64,000 bases of DNA from Zancudomyces culisetae HAW-14-8 (Eukaryota; Fungi; Kickxellomycota), in assembly GCA_052426225.1 (NCBI GenBank), contig JBNJNM010000021.1:1550001-1614000 (forward strand). The letters are read 5' to 3'. Made by a program: the position numbers and the translations under genes. Numbering within the stretch: the stretch's first letter is position 1; every line of letters begins with the position of its first letter. The notes below the pieces were generated by a model. That model did not search any database. It was not told the DNA's origin and saw nothing but the letters and a program-made list of their open reading frames with translations. This document shows positions 37,480 through 48,687 of the stretch, piece after piece.

Positions 37480-40400
37480 TGTCGTGAATTTAAATTACCG
37501 GAAATTATATAAGAGTAAAAATGACTGTAATTTTCAAAATTGGTAATATTAAATTCACGTAACATTGAAGAAATCTGAGAAAGTTACATCTGGAAATCTG
37601 AGAAAGTTACATCTGGAAAATCTGAAAATGTTACAACCACGACATGTGAATTTGATAAGCTGATAAAAGCAAATAATCAACTACACGGGGAAACAGCAAA
37701 ATTTAATTTAGTATGATTTAATTATTAGTTAGTTAAGTATAAATTTATTTTTTAGTAAATTGGTTGCCAAAAAAAAGTATATTAAGGCAACAAAATTCTA
37801 AATAAATTCATCATGGAGTTTCGACTTTAAAAATAATTTATAAATTATACGACAGTATTTATAATAAATATATAATTAATGGTGATCCAGCCAGGACACA
37901 AACAGCAAGGAAATTGAGTAACAAACAGCAAATTTAAGCAAAAATCATGATTGGAAATTCAGCAAGAGTACCAAGACTCGCAGAACCGCCAGTATTCAAT
38001 GGATCCTCAGATCAGAATGCAAACATCTGGATTAAAGGTTTGAACTGTTTGCCCGTAGTGAGAGTTGGACTGATGAACAAAAGTTGGAGTATATTGACGT
38101 CTACTATGACCCGAGAGTTATACTTTGGAATGAGTCCGTGCAAAGTGAAAAAACTACCTGGAAAACGTATAAGAAAGCGTTTTTGAAGAAGTACACAAGC
38201 AAGGAATCCGTATTAAACTCATGGCGTGCACTACAAAGAATCAGACAGTTACCTTCGGAGAATATAGAAGACTTTATAAGTAGACTTGAGAGCCTATTTG
38301 TATCTGCCAAAGTCACGGACAAAGCTATCCAGTATCAATGCCTTATGACTGCCCTGTTACCAAGTTACCAAACTGAGATCCTGAAAAGTCGAATCAACAG
38401 CTATTACGAGGCCATTCAAAAGGCAAAAGACACAGAGGAGTTAGAAAGGTTTATACAGGACAACGTATACACCTACAACCAAAAAAGGGATAAAAGGGTT
38501 TCAGAAGGAAGACAAGAGCCAAGAATTCAGACTCATCCAGGCAAAGAGTTGGCATCCCACCGCACTAAGCCTAGACCTAAAGCTGATACTAACCCTCCAC
38601 AGGCAAAGCCCACCAACCATAGTAGTAATGAAGCTAACATGACCTTCAAGTACACTACACCTACCTGCTACACCTGCAATGAGGTCGGGCATATAAGTCC
38701 GCAATGTCCACTAAAAGCTAGGCCTACCATCCAACCCAGCTTCAACAATAAAGGAAAAGAGCTAAGTGTAGTAGAGTTATTTCAAGACCATCAAAATGAC
38801 TTAGTAGATGATATTGAGCTCCGCTGGAAAGAGCTCAGTATTATCGAGAAGCGTAAACTAATTACAGAAAATGATAAAAATATAAAAAAGAAAAATAAGT
38901 TGGAAAAACATGAAGCAGTAAACGAGGAATATGAAATAGCTAATTCTCTCGCACCGCAGTTTAAAACAGACCAGGAAACACCTGAAGGACAAAGTAAACC
39001 AATGGGAAGAATGATTGCCAAGGCAAGGGACAAGCCAACCTATTCAGTTAAACAAGACTTAGGATCTATCAAAGCTAGTATAACCTTGGAGCAGCTGATA
39101 AAAGTCTCGCCGATGGTCAGGTCAGAACTTAAGGAAGTATGCGGAACGGATAACCTAGAAAATGTCAAAGCCCTAAGCACCATAACTCAGCCTCCTAGCA
39201 CCAACTGCAAAGCCACCATATCTCTGTTCAATTGCGAATGTACAGTGGTAATCGACACAGGTGCAGCCTGTAGTGTGATGACACAAGCACTAGCAGATAA
39301 ATTTCAGTTGAGTATAGATCACTCGGCGCAAGAAATACTCCTCATGGCCGATAGAACCCCACAAGTGACTCTAGGAAAGGTTTGGAAAGTCCCAGTACTC
39401 ATCAAAAACATAAGTTTCCCAGCAGATGTATTGATCATGGCAGGAAATAACAATGATACCTTTGTGCTAGGCGTAGATTGGATAAAGAAACACAACGTCA
39501 TCATCGATTTAAACAATGACAAGGCGTCCATACCTTACAAAAACAGCAATATTTCATGGGATATATCTACTCAGGTCAAATGCAGCGATGAACTGGTAGG
39601 ATGGGCAAAGGAGGTTTCGTTAATTGAAGGCACAGCACAAACCAATACAGAGATCATCCAGTTAATTTCAGACTACAAAATGATATTCGCATCGTCATTG
39701 GAGGAACTCACCAGTACAGATCTAGTTCAGCATGAAATAGACACAGGAGATAGCAAGCCCATCAGACTACGACCTTACAGGGTCCCACAAGCTATGAAAG
39801 AGAAAGTCAGAGAAGAACTCTCAAAAATGTTGGAAAATGGTGTTATTGAAAAGTGCCAATCAGACTGGTGCGCTCCTGTGGTAACCATCTGGAAGAAAAA
39901 CGGTAAGCTCAGGGTGTGCTCTGATTACCGTAAGCTAAATGCCGTTACTAAAAGGGACACGTACCCACTCCCGAACATATCAGATATTTTCAATGCACTT
40001 GCAGGAGCTCAGTATTACACAACGCTAGACGCCCTTAGTGGGTTCTGGCAAGTGAAAATCAGGGAACAAGACAAAGAAAAATCCGCTTTTTCCTTCCCTG
40101 GAGAAGATTGTTTTGTTATAAAGTAATGCCGTTCGGACTGAGTAATAGTCCAGTCACGTTCCAGCGTTTAATGGAGACCGTATTGCAGCCACTTCTTTGG
40201 AAATCAGTAGTCGTCTTTATTGATGACATAGTTGTTTATTCACCTTCTTTTGACCAACATTTAATTGATTTAAAACTAGTATTTGAACTAATACGGAGCG
40301 CAAAAATAAAATTAAACGAGGAGAAATGCGTATTCGCTCAGCAACGCATCTCCTACTTAGGGCACGTAGTTTCAAAGGAAGGAATTGAAACTGACCACAA

Positions 40401-42747
40401 CAAGACCTTAGCTATGGCAAAAGTTCCGTACCCTAAAAACGTAAAAGATGTTCAAAGTTTCTTGGGCATGACCGGGTATTACCGGAAGTTTATTAAAGAT
40501 TATGCAAAGATAAGTAAACCATTGACAAAGTTACTAAGAAAAGATTGTCAGTGGAACTGGGACAGCAGCTGTTCGATAGCTGTAGACACTCTTAAAGAGA
40601 TCCTCATCAATCCACCAGTTTTGAAACACCCAGATTGGGGTATGACCTTTACGATCACTACTGATGCGTCCAAATTAGGTTTAGGCGCAATTTTGAGCCA
40701 AAACTACAACGGAAAAGATTGTCCTATAGCATATGCAAGCCGTACTTTATCAAAGGCTGAAGAAAATTATGCTATAACTCACCTAGAAGGACTAGGTGTA
40801 GTTTGGGGAGTTACTCACTTCAGACATTACTTACTTGGGAGACATTTTAAAATTTTCACTGACCATTCTGCACTCATTAATATCTTTAAGTCCAAAGAGC
40901 CTACGGTCGTCTAGCTAGATGGGAATTGATATTAATAGAGTATGATTACGAGATTGAACATCGCAAAGGGACTAATAATCCCGCTGATTATTTATCTAGA
41001 TCAAGCCCAGATCCACACGTTCCAGAAACTATGAATTCAAACGCATTGTTTGCTATGGACATTCTAAGATACAACTCTCTAGTATCATACCTAACCAATA
41101 GGTCATATCCGTCTGGTATGACTGAAGAAGAAAGAGAAAAGTTTAGAAACAAACTAATCCGTACAAACTGCGTGAAGGAAAACTAGTAACAGTAAGTAAA
41201 AAATTTGGAGAACGGGAAGTTCTTAATGAAGAAAACGCAGAAGAAGTTGTTAGAAGAGTTCATGAAGATGGCCACAGTGGAGTTGGTAACACTTGGGAAA
41301 AAGTGAAGTTGTTATACACTGGTCCAAGAATGTTTGATATAGTAAAAAGAGTCGTAAAATTTTGCGAGTTATGCCAAAAGTACAAAGGGCATGTAAAAAG
41401 AGTTAACCCTTTAAGTCCAATATGTTCATCAGCTCCATTCGAAATACTAGGTATTGATGCAATGGGCCCTATAAACCCAGTATCATCCAGCGGCAACAAG
41501 TATTTATTGACCGCCATGGACTACAACACTAAGTGGCCAATTTCAAGAGCCGTGGCTAACATCACCACAGAAACAGTTATTAATTTCTTAATTTATGATG
41601 TAGTCGCATTATACGGTGTTCCAAAGAGATTGATATCCGATCGCGGTTCAAATTTCATAAGCGAAACGGCTGTTCAATTTTATAAGTTCTTGGGTATTGA
41701 TCACCACCCGACTACGGCTTATAGGCCACAGGCCAATGGCCAAGTAGAAAGGTTTAATCAAACACTCAAAAATGTTTTGTCAAAGTTGTGCTATAAAGAC
41801 AAGACCAATTGGGATAAGTATTTGTGGAAAGTCCTCCTAATTATTCGTTCATCGAAACATCGGAGTATAGGTATAAGTCCATCTGAAAGTCTGTATGGTG
41901 TAAAAATAATAACACCCATATATTGGAATCCTGTGGTAACCAGTGAAAATGAATCAGAAGCTATATTGGAAAGGCTGAAGTTTATCAAAGAAGAGCTTCC
42001 AGTAATAAGAGACCAAGCGTACACTAAGTTGGTAGCAAATAAGCGCTACATAAAGACACATTATGATAAAAAAGTTAGTCCAACAAAGTACAAATTAAAT
42101 GACCAAGTACTTAGAGCCGTGGCGATGACCCAGCACAAATTTTCAGTTCGCTGGGTTGGCCCTTATCGCATAGTTAGGGTACTGGATCATGGTACTTACA
42201 TTATCATGGATAATGAAGGTAACAAGGATCATGTCAATGGTGACAGATTAAAGCCATATAATGACAGAGGATAATGATTCCTGATGTTGCTCCTAGTAAC
42301 CTCCGCACGTCCTTACAGTTCTATAAGTCAATTAACTTGTCAGATCGGGACGTCTGAAATTAAGAGGGGGTCTGTCGTGAATTTAAATTACCGTAAATTA
42401 TATAAGAGTAAAAATGACTGTAATTTCCAAAATTGGTAATATTAAATTCACGTAACATTGAAGAAATCTGAGAAAGTTACATCTGGAAATCTGAGAAAGT
42501 TACATCTGGAAAATCTGAAAATGTTACAACCACGACATGTGAATTTGATAAGCTGATAAAAGCAAATAATCAACTACACGGGGAAACAGCAAAATTTAAT
42601 TTAGTATGATTTAATTATTAGTTAGTTAAGTATAAATTTATTTTTTAGTAAATTGGTTGCCAAAAAAAAGTATATTAAGGCAACAAAATTCTAAATAAAT
42701 TCATCATGGAGTTTCGACTTTAAAAATAATTTATATATTATACGACA
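37480..42747 (+). mobile_element. Full-length Ty3/Gypsy element D (same clade as B)
   Basis: 375-bp LTRs 37480-37854 and 42373-42747 (~3 differences seen); PPT AAGAGGGGG; right flank GTTG; internal ~22-nt tandem repeat in the LTR. Confidence 0.95.
37947..42357 (+). CDS. Element D gag-pol, split by ~5 apparent single-base frameshifts
   Basis: CYTCNEVGHISPQC, IDTGA, VFIDD, TTDAS, HEDGH...CELC, SDRGS, WVGPY. Confidence 0.9.
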
Positions 42748-42751
42748 GTTG

Positions 42752-42973
42752 TGTTGTATAATTACATGTTTAACGTCCTACTGAGTAATATAATTACCCA
42801 GTATTATACAGGACGGGACTTTTATTATTATATATTAGTACTATAATTATTTTGGGTGAAAAAAACAATTTATTTATTATTCAAAACTAGACTATTTAAT
42901 GCATTAAATAATACTATTTAAACTAACCAATAAAATACAAGGAAATACAGGTAGATAATTCCACTATATAACA
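42752..42973. mobile_element. Solo LTR E (222 bp)
   Basis: TGTTGTATA...TATATAACA; homologous to M (46038-46270). Confidence 0.75.
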
Positions 42974-42978
42974 GTCTG

Positions 42979-43311
42979 TGATGTAGAACTTACAAGTTCT
43001 AAATTATTTCTTAATATAATTCTCTATCCGTGTAGTATAAAATTAAGTATTATTTTTTATATGTTTATACTATATTTAACTAATTTTAAATGTGGTTAAG
43101 AGTTATTTTATTCAATTAAGTTGTGGGCGATTGTATTAATCCCAAATATGTCCTATAATTTGTGCTAACTATAATCTAAATTTTAACTATCCTAATTATG
43201 AATGTTGAACAATAACCACAGGGGGAGAAAAAGTCCAATCTAAAAATACTGCTAATTACATAAATTATAAAATAGGTAGATAAATCGTTCCATCGTATTT
43301 CTCATACGACA
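42979..43311. mobile_element. Solo LTR F (333 bp)
   Basis: TGATGTA...TACGACA; shares ACCACxGGGGG...GTCCAATCT with G and I. Confidence 0.75.
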
Positions 43312-43318
43312 TTCATGT

Positions 43319-44088
43319 TGTCGCATTTTTAACAATTTGTACAAGAGATACACGGATGTGCCTGAAAATGGTACACTCAGTACGAAAATGCAAATTCATT
43401 TTTTGTTATTTATTTTTAAATAAATTCAAATAATTATTGAGCTCAGTATGCAATCAAATTTTCATACTGTGCTAGTTCAATAATGATGAATGTAAAATGT
43501 AAAATGATCCCATGCATTTTACATTTATCATTAATAACAAACAAAAATTAATAATATTATAACAATAGTCATATTTTAGTATTTAGTTTAAATATAGTGG
43601 TTTAAAATTTGAATAATATATTAAAGGAGACGTATGGATGACATATGAAAACCTCATCCATGTCTCGATACGGAATATTATAACAAAACAATTAAATAAA
43701 ATTATATATAAAACCAAAAGATATATTAGCAATAATGTTTTTAAACAGTTGGATTGGAACTGGGGATGACTCCAGGAGGGAGTCATACACTTCTACCAGC
43801 ATGAGCAGGGGCAGCAGCATGGATCATGTTGTAGGGGTATTAAGTCCCCGCACCCTTGGTGAGTTGACAGAAAGTGTTCGTCAACTCCAGATCCGTAGGA
43901 GCCCGGAAGAAATGTCGGTGAGTACAATTTCACCGACACTGTACAGGGGTATTAGCTCACCCGAGCACCCCTCGATGCACATTGCATTACGCAATAGAAG
44001 TGCATCAACCATCAGTGATCGTACCAGAACCGGTATAACACGTGATGGTAGCGCTAATGGAAGTAGTGATACTTCACATTATGCGACA
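43319..44088. mobile_element. Solo LTR U3 (770 bp)
   Basis: TGTCGCAT...ATGCGACA; uninterrupted relative of U2; flanks CATG(T)/CATG. Confidence 0.88.
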
Positions 44089-44130
44089 CATGTGTTGTTG
44101 TTAACTAAAATGTTTAGTTTTACTACTTAA
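43735..44130 (+). CDS. LTR-internal Ser/Thr-rich ORF (U3)
   Basis: Near-identical to the U2 ORF up to the LTR end. Confidence 0.5.
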   Translation: MFLNSWIGTGDDSRRESYTSTSMSRGSSMDHVVGVLSPRTLGELTESVRQLQIRRSPEEMSVSTISPTLYRGISSPEHPSMHIALRNRSASTISDRTRTGITRDGSANGSSDTSHYATHVLLLTKMFSFTT

Positions 44131-44428
44131 CTATACTATATAAGTAACTTACTGTATGTTTGGTATTTATACTTATTAAAACTTATATCTATTTTAATAT
44201 ACTGTTAAGCTTGTTTTATAAAATTTCAAGTGGGTGTTTGCTTTAACCCCAAAAACTTTTCGATAATTAATATTCAAAACACTAAGTGTTAAATCCATGG
44301 ACAAAACCACGGGGGGAAAAAAGTCCAATCTAAAAATAAAGATAACTATACTATAATTTAACTACAATAAAATATTGAGATTTGAAATCTCAATGCATTA
44401 AGAGTTCTAATCGTATCACTATACGACA
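44096..44428. mobile_element. Solo LTR G (333 bp)
   Basis: TGTTGT...TACGACA; F/I group motifs, same length as F. Confidence 0.75.
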
Positions 44429-44430
44429 TT

Positions 44431-44797
44431 TTTGTTAACTAATTTGTATATTTATATAGAATATCCGTTTATTTAATAGTTATGTTGGTTTTTAGATATA
44501 TAATTGGCGTCGAATCTACTTGTGGCTTCGATTAATAGGCTCACTTAATCCGTATAATGATCTTAATAAATATCTACTAATGGCTAAATACTGCCAACTC
44601 TTAGTAAATGTGATTTTTTTTCTAAAAAGATAAGATAAGAACCAAAACTTGCTATCGAAATTTCTCACTAAAAAAACCTAACAAACATTGCCAAGGCAAA
44701 AAGAGTCCAATTTCTAAAATAATTTTGATTACGTATTTCCATTGTTTTTCTCAATATCCATACACTATATTTATAAAGTATAAAATATTATACGACT
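44431..44797. mobile_element. Decayed solo LTR H
   Basis: Begins like G (TTGTTAACTAA), ends TATACGACT, retains AAAGAGTCCAAT. Confidence 0.55.
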
Positions 44798-44802
44798 TTG
44801 TG

Positions 44803-45133
44803 TGTTATAGAATTTCACAATTCTAAGAAAGTTAAATATTCTTATTATAATATATGTTTATTACTAAATATAATATTTTTGTATTATTGTTCTTTTTAAT
44901 ACTATATATGTTTAACTTATTATAATGTTAAAATGTATGTATTATTTAATACCAAGTGGGCGGTTGCTTTAACCTCCAGATATTAATATATTTAACGAGG
45001 AAATAAAATGTAAAAAACTACTAAACTATTGGACAAAAACCACAGGGGGAAAAAGGTCCAATCTCAAAACTATTAACTAAAAACCTAATAAATAAATAAA
45101 GCTAATTATATAAAATCGTATCTTCATACGACA
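44803..45133. mobile_element. Solo LTR I (331 bp)
   Basis: TGTTATAG...CATACGACA; F/G group motifs. Confidence 0.75.
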
Positions 45134-45135
45134 TG

Positions 45136-45538
45136 TGACGGAATTTAATTTTTCCTTGTCGGTTTTACCCGACTTTACCGCCATAACAAGTATTTTTAAA
45201 GTGATACTATTACCTAATAACTACCTGAAGACGGTAGGACCCAGATTCAATGGATTAATGTGTATAATTTCGATTATAAACTAAAGAAAAAAGATACTGA
45301 ATTCAGTAGGTCAGATTCTATGCCTTATATCTGATCTCTCATAATTTAAATAAACTAACTATATTATAAATATATAAGAAACATTGATAAAATTAATATA
45401 AAATAAATATAAAATTATTATAAAAATTAATAGAGATTTACACGGGAAAAACCTCATAGGTGAAAACACCGTGTATGTCTTTGCACATCACACGAAAGCA
45501 CCCGTGTGATGTACATCCTGTCGCATATTGATGCGACA
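45136..45538. mobile_element. Probable solo LTR J, hairpin-rich
   Basis: Ends TGCGACA, degenerate start TGACGGA; bounded by neighbouring LTRs. Confidence 0.5.
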
Positions 45539-45543
45539 GTTGT

Positions 45544-45737
45544 TGTTGTGAAATTACTGAAGAATTATAATCCTTTTTCCCACTGGGATTTTTTGATTGT
45601 AAATTCCGATGTAATTTTAAACAATCAAATTCACAATGATGCCATCATATTACATCACAGTGAACGTAAATCAGTTGACGTCACTGTGAATGTAAATCTA
45701 ATGACATCACTGTTAATGTAAATCGATCTAGTTCAAC
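45544..45737. mobile_element. Probable solo LTR K with internal ~24-nt tandem repeats
   Basis: TGTTG...TTCAAC (terminal A missing); three ACRTCACWGTKAAYGTAAATC units. Confidence 0.5.
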
Positions 45738-46033
45738 TGTCGTGAGTCTTTACACTCACACCAATTTAAACAATGTTTTCTGTTTTCATATGAATTAGGC
45801 TATCTTATATAATTTATATTAATAATTATTTAGTTTATTTAAAGTTTATAAAGCGTTTCTAGAAGTATAAAAGACGTTCTAATTCATTCAGAGAAGGAAG
45901 AACAACATTTTTATTTTATAAATTAATTAATAACATATATAACAATATCAATATAAATATAAAATTTAAAATTTAAAATATTAATAGTATCATAATAAAT
46001 TTTAGTATATTAATACAAGCTATTAATACGACA
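45738..46033. mobile_element. Solo LTR L (296 bp)
   Basis: TGTCGT...ACGACA termini. Confidence 0.65.
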
Positions 46034-46037
46034 TTGT

Positions 46038-46270
46038 TGTCGTGTAGTGAAAATGCTTAACCTCCTACTTGGTAACTTTCGCTACCAAGTACTACATGGG
46101 ACGGGTCAATTTCAATATTATATAATTTTATATACTTATTTTATATCTCGGAAAAGAACAATTTATTAATTAATTCCATTCAAATATATTAATAATAATT
46201 CTATAAAATACATAAATAAAACTAAACAATAAAATTATGACAACTCTTCAGTTTAGTTTACTATACGACA
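46038..46270. mobile_element. Solo LTR M (233 bp)
   Basis: TGTCGTGTAGT...ACTATACGACA; homologous to E. Confidence 0.75.
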
Positions 46271-46275
46271 TGTTG

Positions 46276-47127
46276 TGTTGTATCATAACCGGTGAATTTA
46301 TTCTATTGAACTATTCTACTTATAAAATTGTACTAGTTTATTTGCTATTAAAACTTGCAATATACTTATTTTGATCTGGAGTAAAAAGGTTGTTCTTTAT
46401 TTTTCTTCTTTGTTGTTGTTAAATACTATCTAAACTAAACTTAAATAAACGTAAAACTAATCACATTCCAACCAAAAACACTATTGTTAAAAATGATAAG
46501 GATGTGATGAAATTAAACTAGATATGATAACTATTATTCAATAATTAAAAATGGCTATAATTTCTGCTATACAACAGAATTCTTCCGCTCTAAGCGCTAA
46601 TGCCCTCATAGCGTGTGTTTGACTTATATCTTCTAAGTTTAGACTTCAATGGATTAATCGGCTCAGGAATCATATTATCCTTGGTATGATAGGGTTTCAA
46701 ACTGTCTCCATGGACTAAGTCGCGATTATTAAAATCATCTTGTATTACGTATGCACCTTTATCAAGAGCTCTTACTACTCTGTATGGTCCTTCATATAGC
46801 TTTTCGAACTTCGTACGTTCGTATTCTATCAGTTTAAGTACCTGTTCACTTCTTTTAAAAGTACGTTTTACTACTCGTTGATTATACCTGACTTCGCTTG
46901 AAAACTTCCCTATAACCAGCTTTTCCACACATAGCTTTCTCAACTCCGGTAGATGGTCAGTTACAGCTTTTATACGATCGAGTACCCTTACTTCAAATCT
47001 TTCTATTTCACCTGTACGTTGCCATGCATGAGATATTTCGATCTGGTATCCAAAAAGCATTTCTGACGAGCTCAGTCCAGTAGACTTTGATTTCATGGTT
47101 CTAAGTATCAACAGAGTTTTCCACATA
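46276..47127 (-). mobile_element. Truncated Gypsy element N: 3' LTR (46276-46576) plus integrase C-terminus
   Basis: TGTTGTAT...ATACAACA; ORF 46590-47126 (YEGPY, DLVHGDSLKPY) homologous to B and D; cut at a TA by a Tc1. Confidence 0.85.
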
Positions 47128-48687
47128 CAGTGAGTTTCAAAAATGTCTCAAATATTGGAAATAATTTTCAATGTGTAATATCTCGCTCAATAATATCCAG
47201 AAATTATATGTTTTTTATATTATAACATGCACAAATGTTATATGTTAATTTTATATAAACTGTAAATTAATTGGATAAAAATTCATTATAAATTATAAAT
47301 TGAAAAAATTTTAAAAATGAGACAATTTTGGGAATTTTTCAAATAAAAAATTTAAACTATCATAACTTTATGAATTCAAACTTATTAATTTTCAAACTTT
47401 TACATATATTAATTTATATAATTGTCATACTAATCAAAATAATAATTATTAAAAAAATGATATCTGAACAACGTAAACTGGATATTAAAAACGCGTTACT
47501 TGAAGGCAGAAGCATTGACCAAATCATTATAGAAAATGGAGTTAGTAAAGCAACAATATACACAATAAAAGCAGCAATGAATATCAATATACCGGCTAAT
47601 AAACGCGGTCGTTCAGCGAAGCTTTCACCCCAAAGCAAGCGAATATGTACTAGGATGATATTATCTGGAGAGTATCGATATGCTACTTCGATACAAAAGA
47701 AGTTAGAAATGGATAATGTTGTAAGTGCTAGTAAGTCTACAATATATAGGGCTTTTAATGATCTAAAAGCCGTTGCAAAAAAGAAGGCATCCAAACCGAA
47801 ACTGAGCCTTAAAAGTATTGCAAAAAGGTTGAGATTCGCAAAATCTCATCGCCACTGGACTACTGATGATTGGAGACGAGTAATTTGGTCCGACAAAACT
47901 AAAATCAACCGATTTGGATCTGATGGAAATGAATGGACTTGGGTTCGTGATGGTGTGAGTCTACAGCCGCACAATATTAACCAGACCGTAAAACACGGTG
48001 GAGGATCATTAATGATTTGGGGATGCATCACAGCATTTGGAACTGGCTACATGTGCCGAATAGAAGGAATGTTAAACAAGGAAGGTTATTTAAACATTTT
48101 AATAGACGAGCTTAGCAATACAATAAAGTACTACAAGTTGGATCCCAAGTCAATAATATTTCAACATGACTATGATCCTAAACATACCGCAAAGTTAGTT
48201 ACCAGCTGGCTTGAAAACCAGGAATATAATACATTGGACTGGCCGCCACAATCTCCAGACTTAAACTTAATCGAAACTATATGGGCAATCATCAAAAGAC
48301 GCCTAAATAGATACAGTAAACCTCCGTCCGGGATGATCGAATTATGGGAGCGAATAGATACGGAATGGAATTTAATTACAGTGGAAACAATACTTGGTCT
48401 TATAGATAGTATGCCCAAATGAGTTGAGGCAGTTATCAAGTCTAAAGGAAGGTGGACAGTATTTTAAAGTTTTTTTTTGAAAAATTCCCAAAATTGTCTC
48501 ATTTTTAAAATTTTTTCAATTTATAATCTCATAAAGAATTTTAACATTATAATATGTTTATAAAAAATTAAATTTTAACACATGTGCATATATATTATTA
48601 ATCCTTATAATTTCTGGATTTTATTGAGCGAGATATTACACTTTGAAATAATTTATCAATATTTTGAGACATTTTTGAAACTTACTG
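47128..48687 (+). mobile_element. Tc1 (DD34E) transposon 1 with ~220-bp TIRs
   Basis: CAGTGAGTTTCAAAAATGTCTCAAA / TTTGAGACATTTTTGAAACTTACTG; TA on the left only; transposase from ATG 47457 with WSDKTK, KHGGGS, QHD-34-E, premature TGA at 48420. Confidence 0.93.

Noticed and set aside
22910-44130. Three Ser-rich ORFs as a tandem host gene family with a palindromic GCGACAC-CT-GTGTCGC landing pad
   Set aside because: The palindrome is the junction of two LTR ends around a CCTG TSD, and the ORFs lie inside TG...CA units with TSDs.
42748-46576. CRISPR- or integron-like array suggested by recurring TACGACA...TGTTG motifs
   Set aside because: The units are 200-770 bp with LTR termini matching those of the full retroelements; no cas or integron integrase; eukaryotic context.
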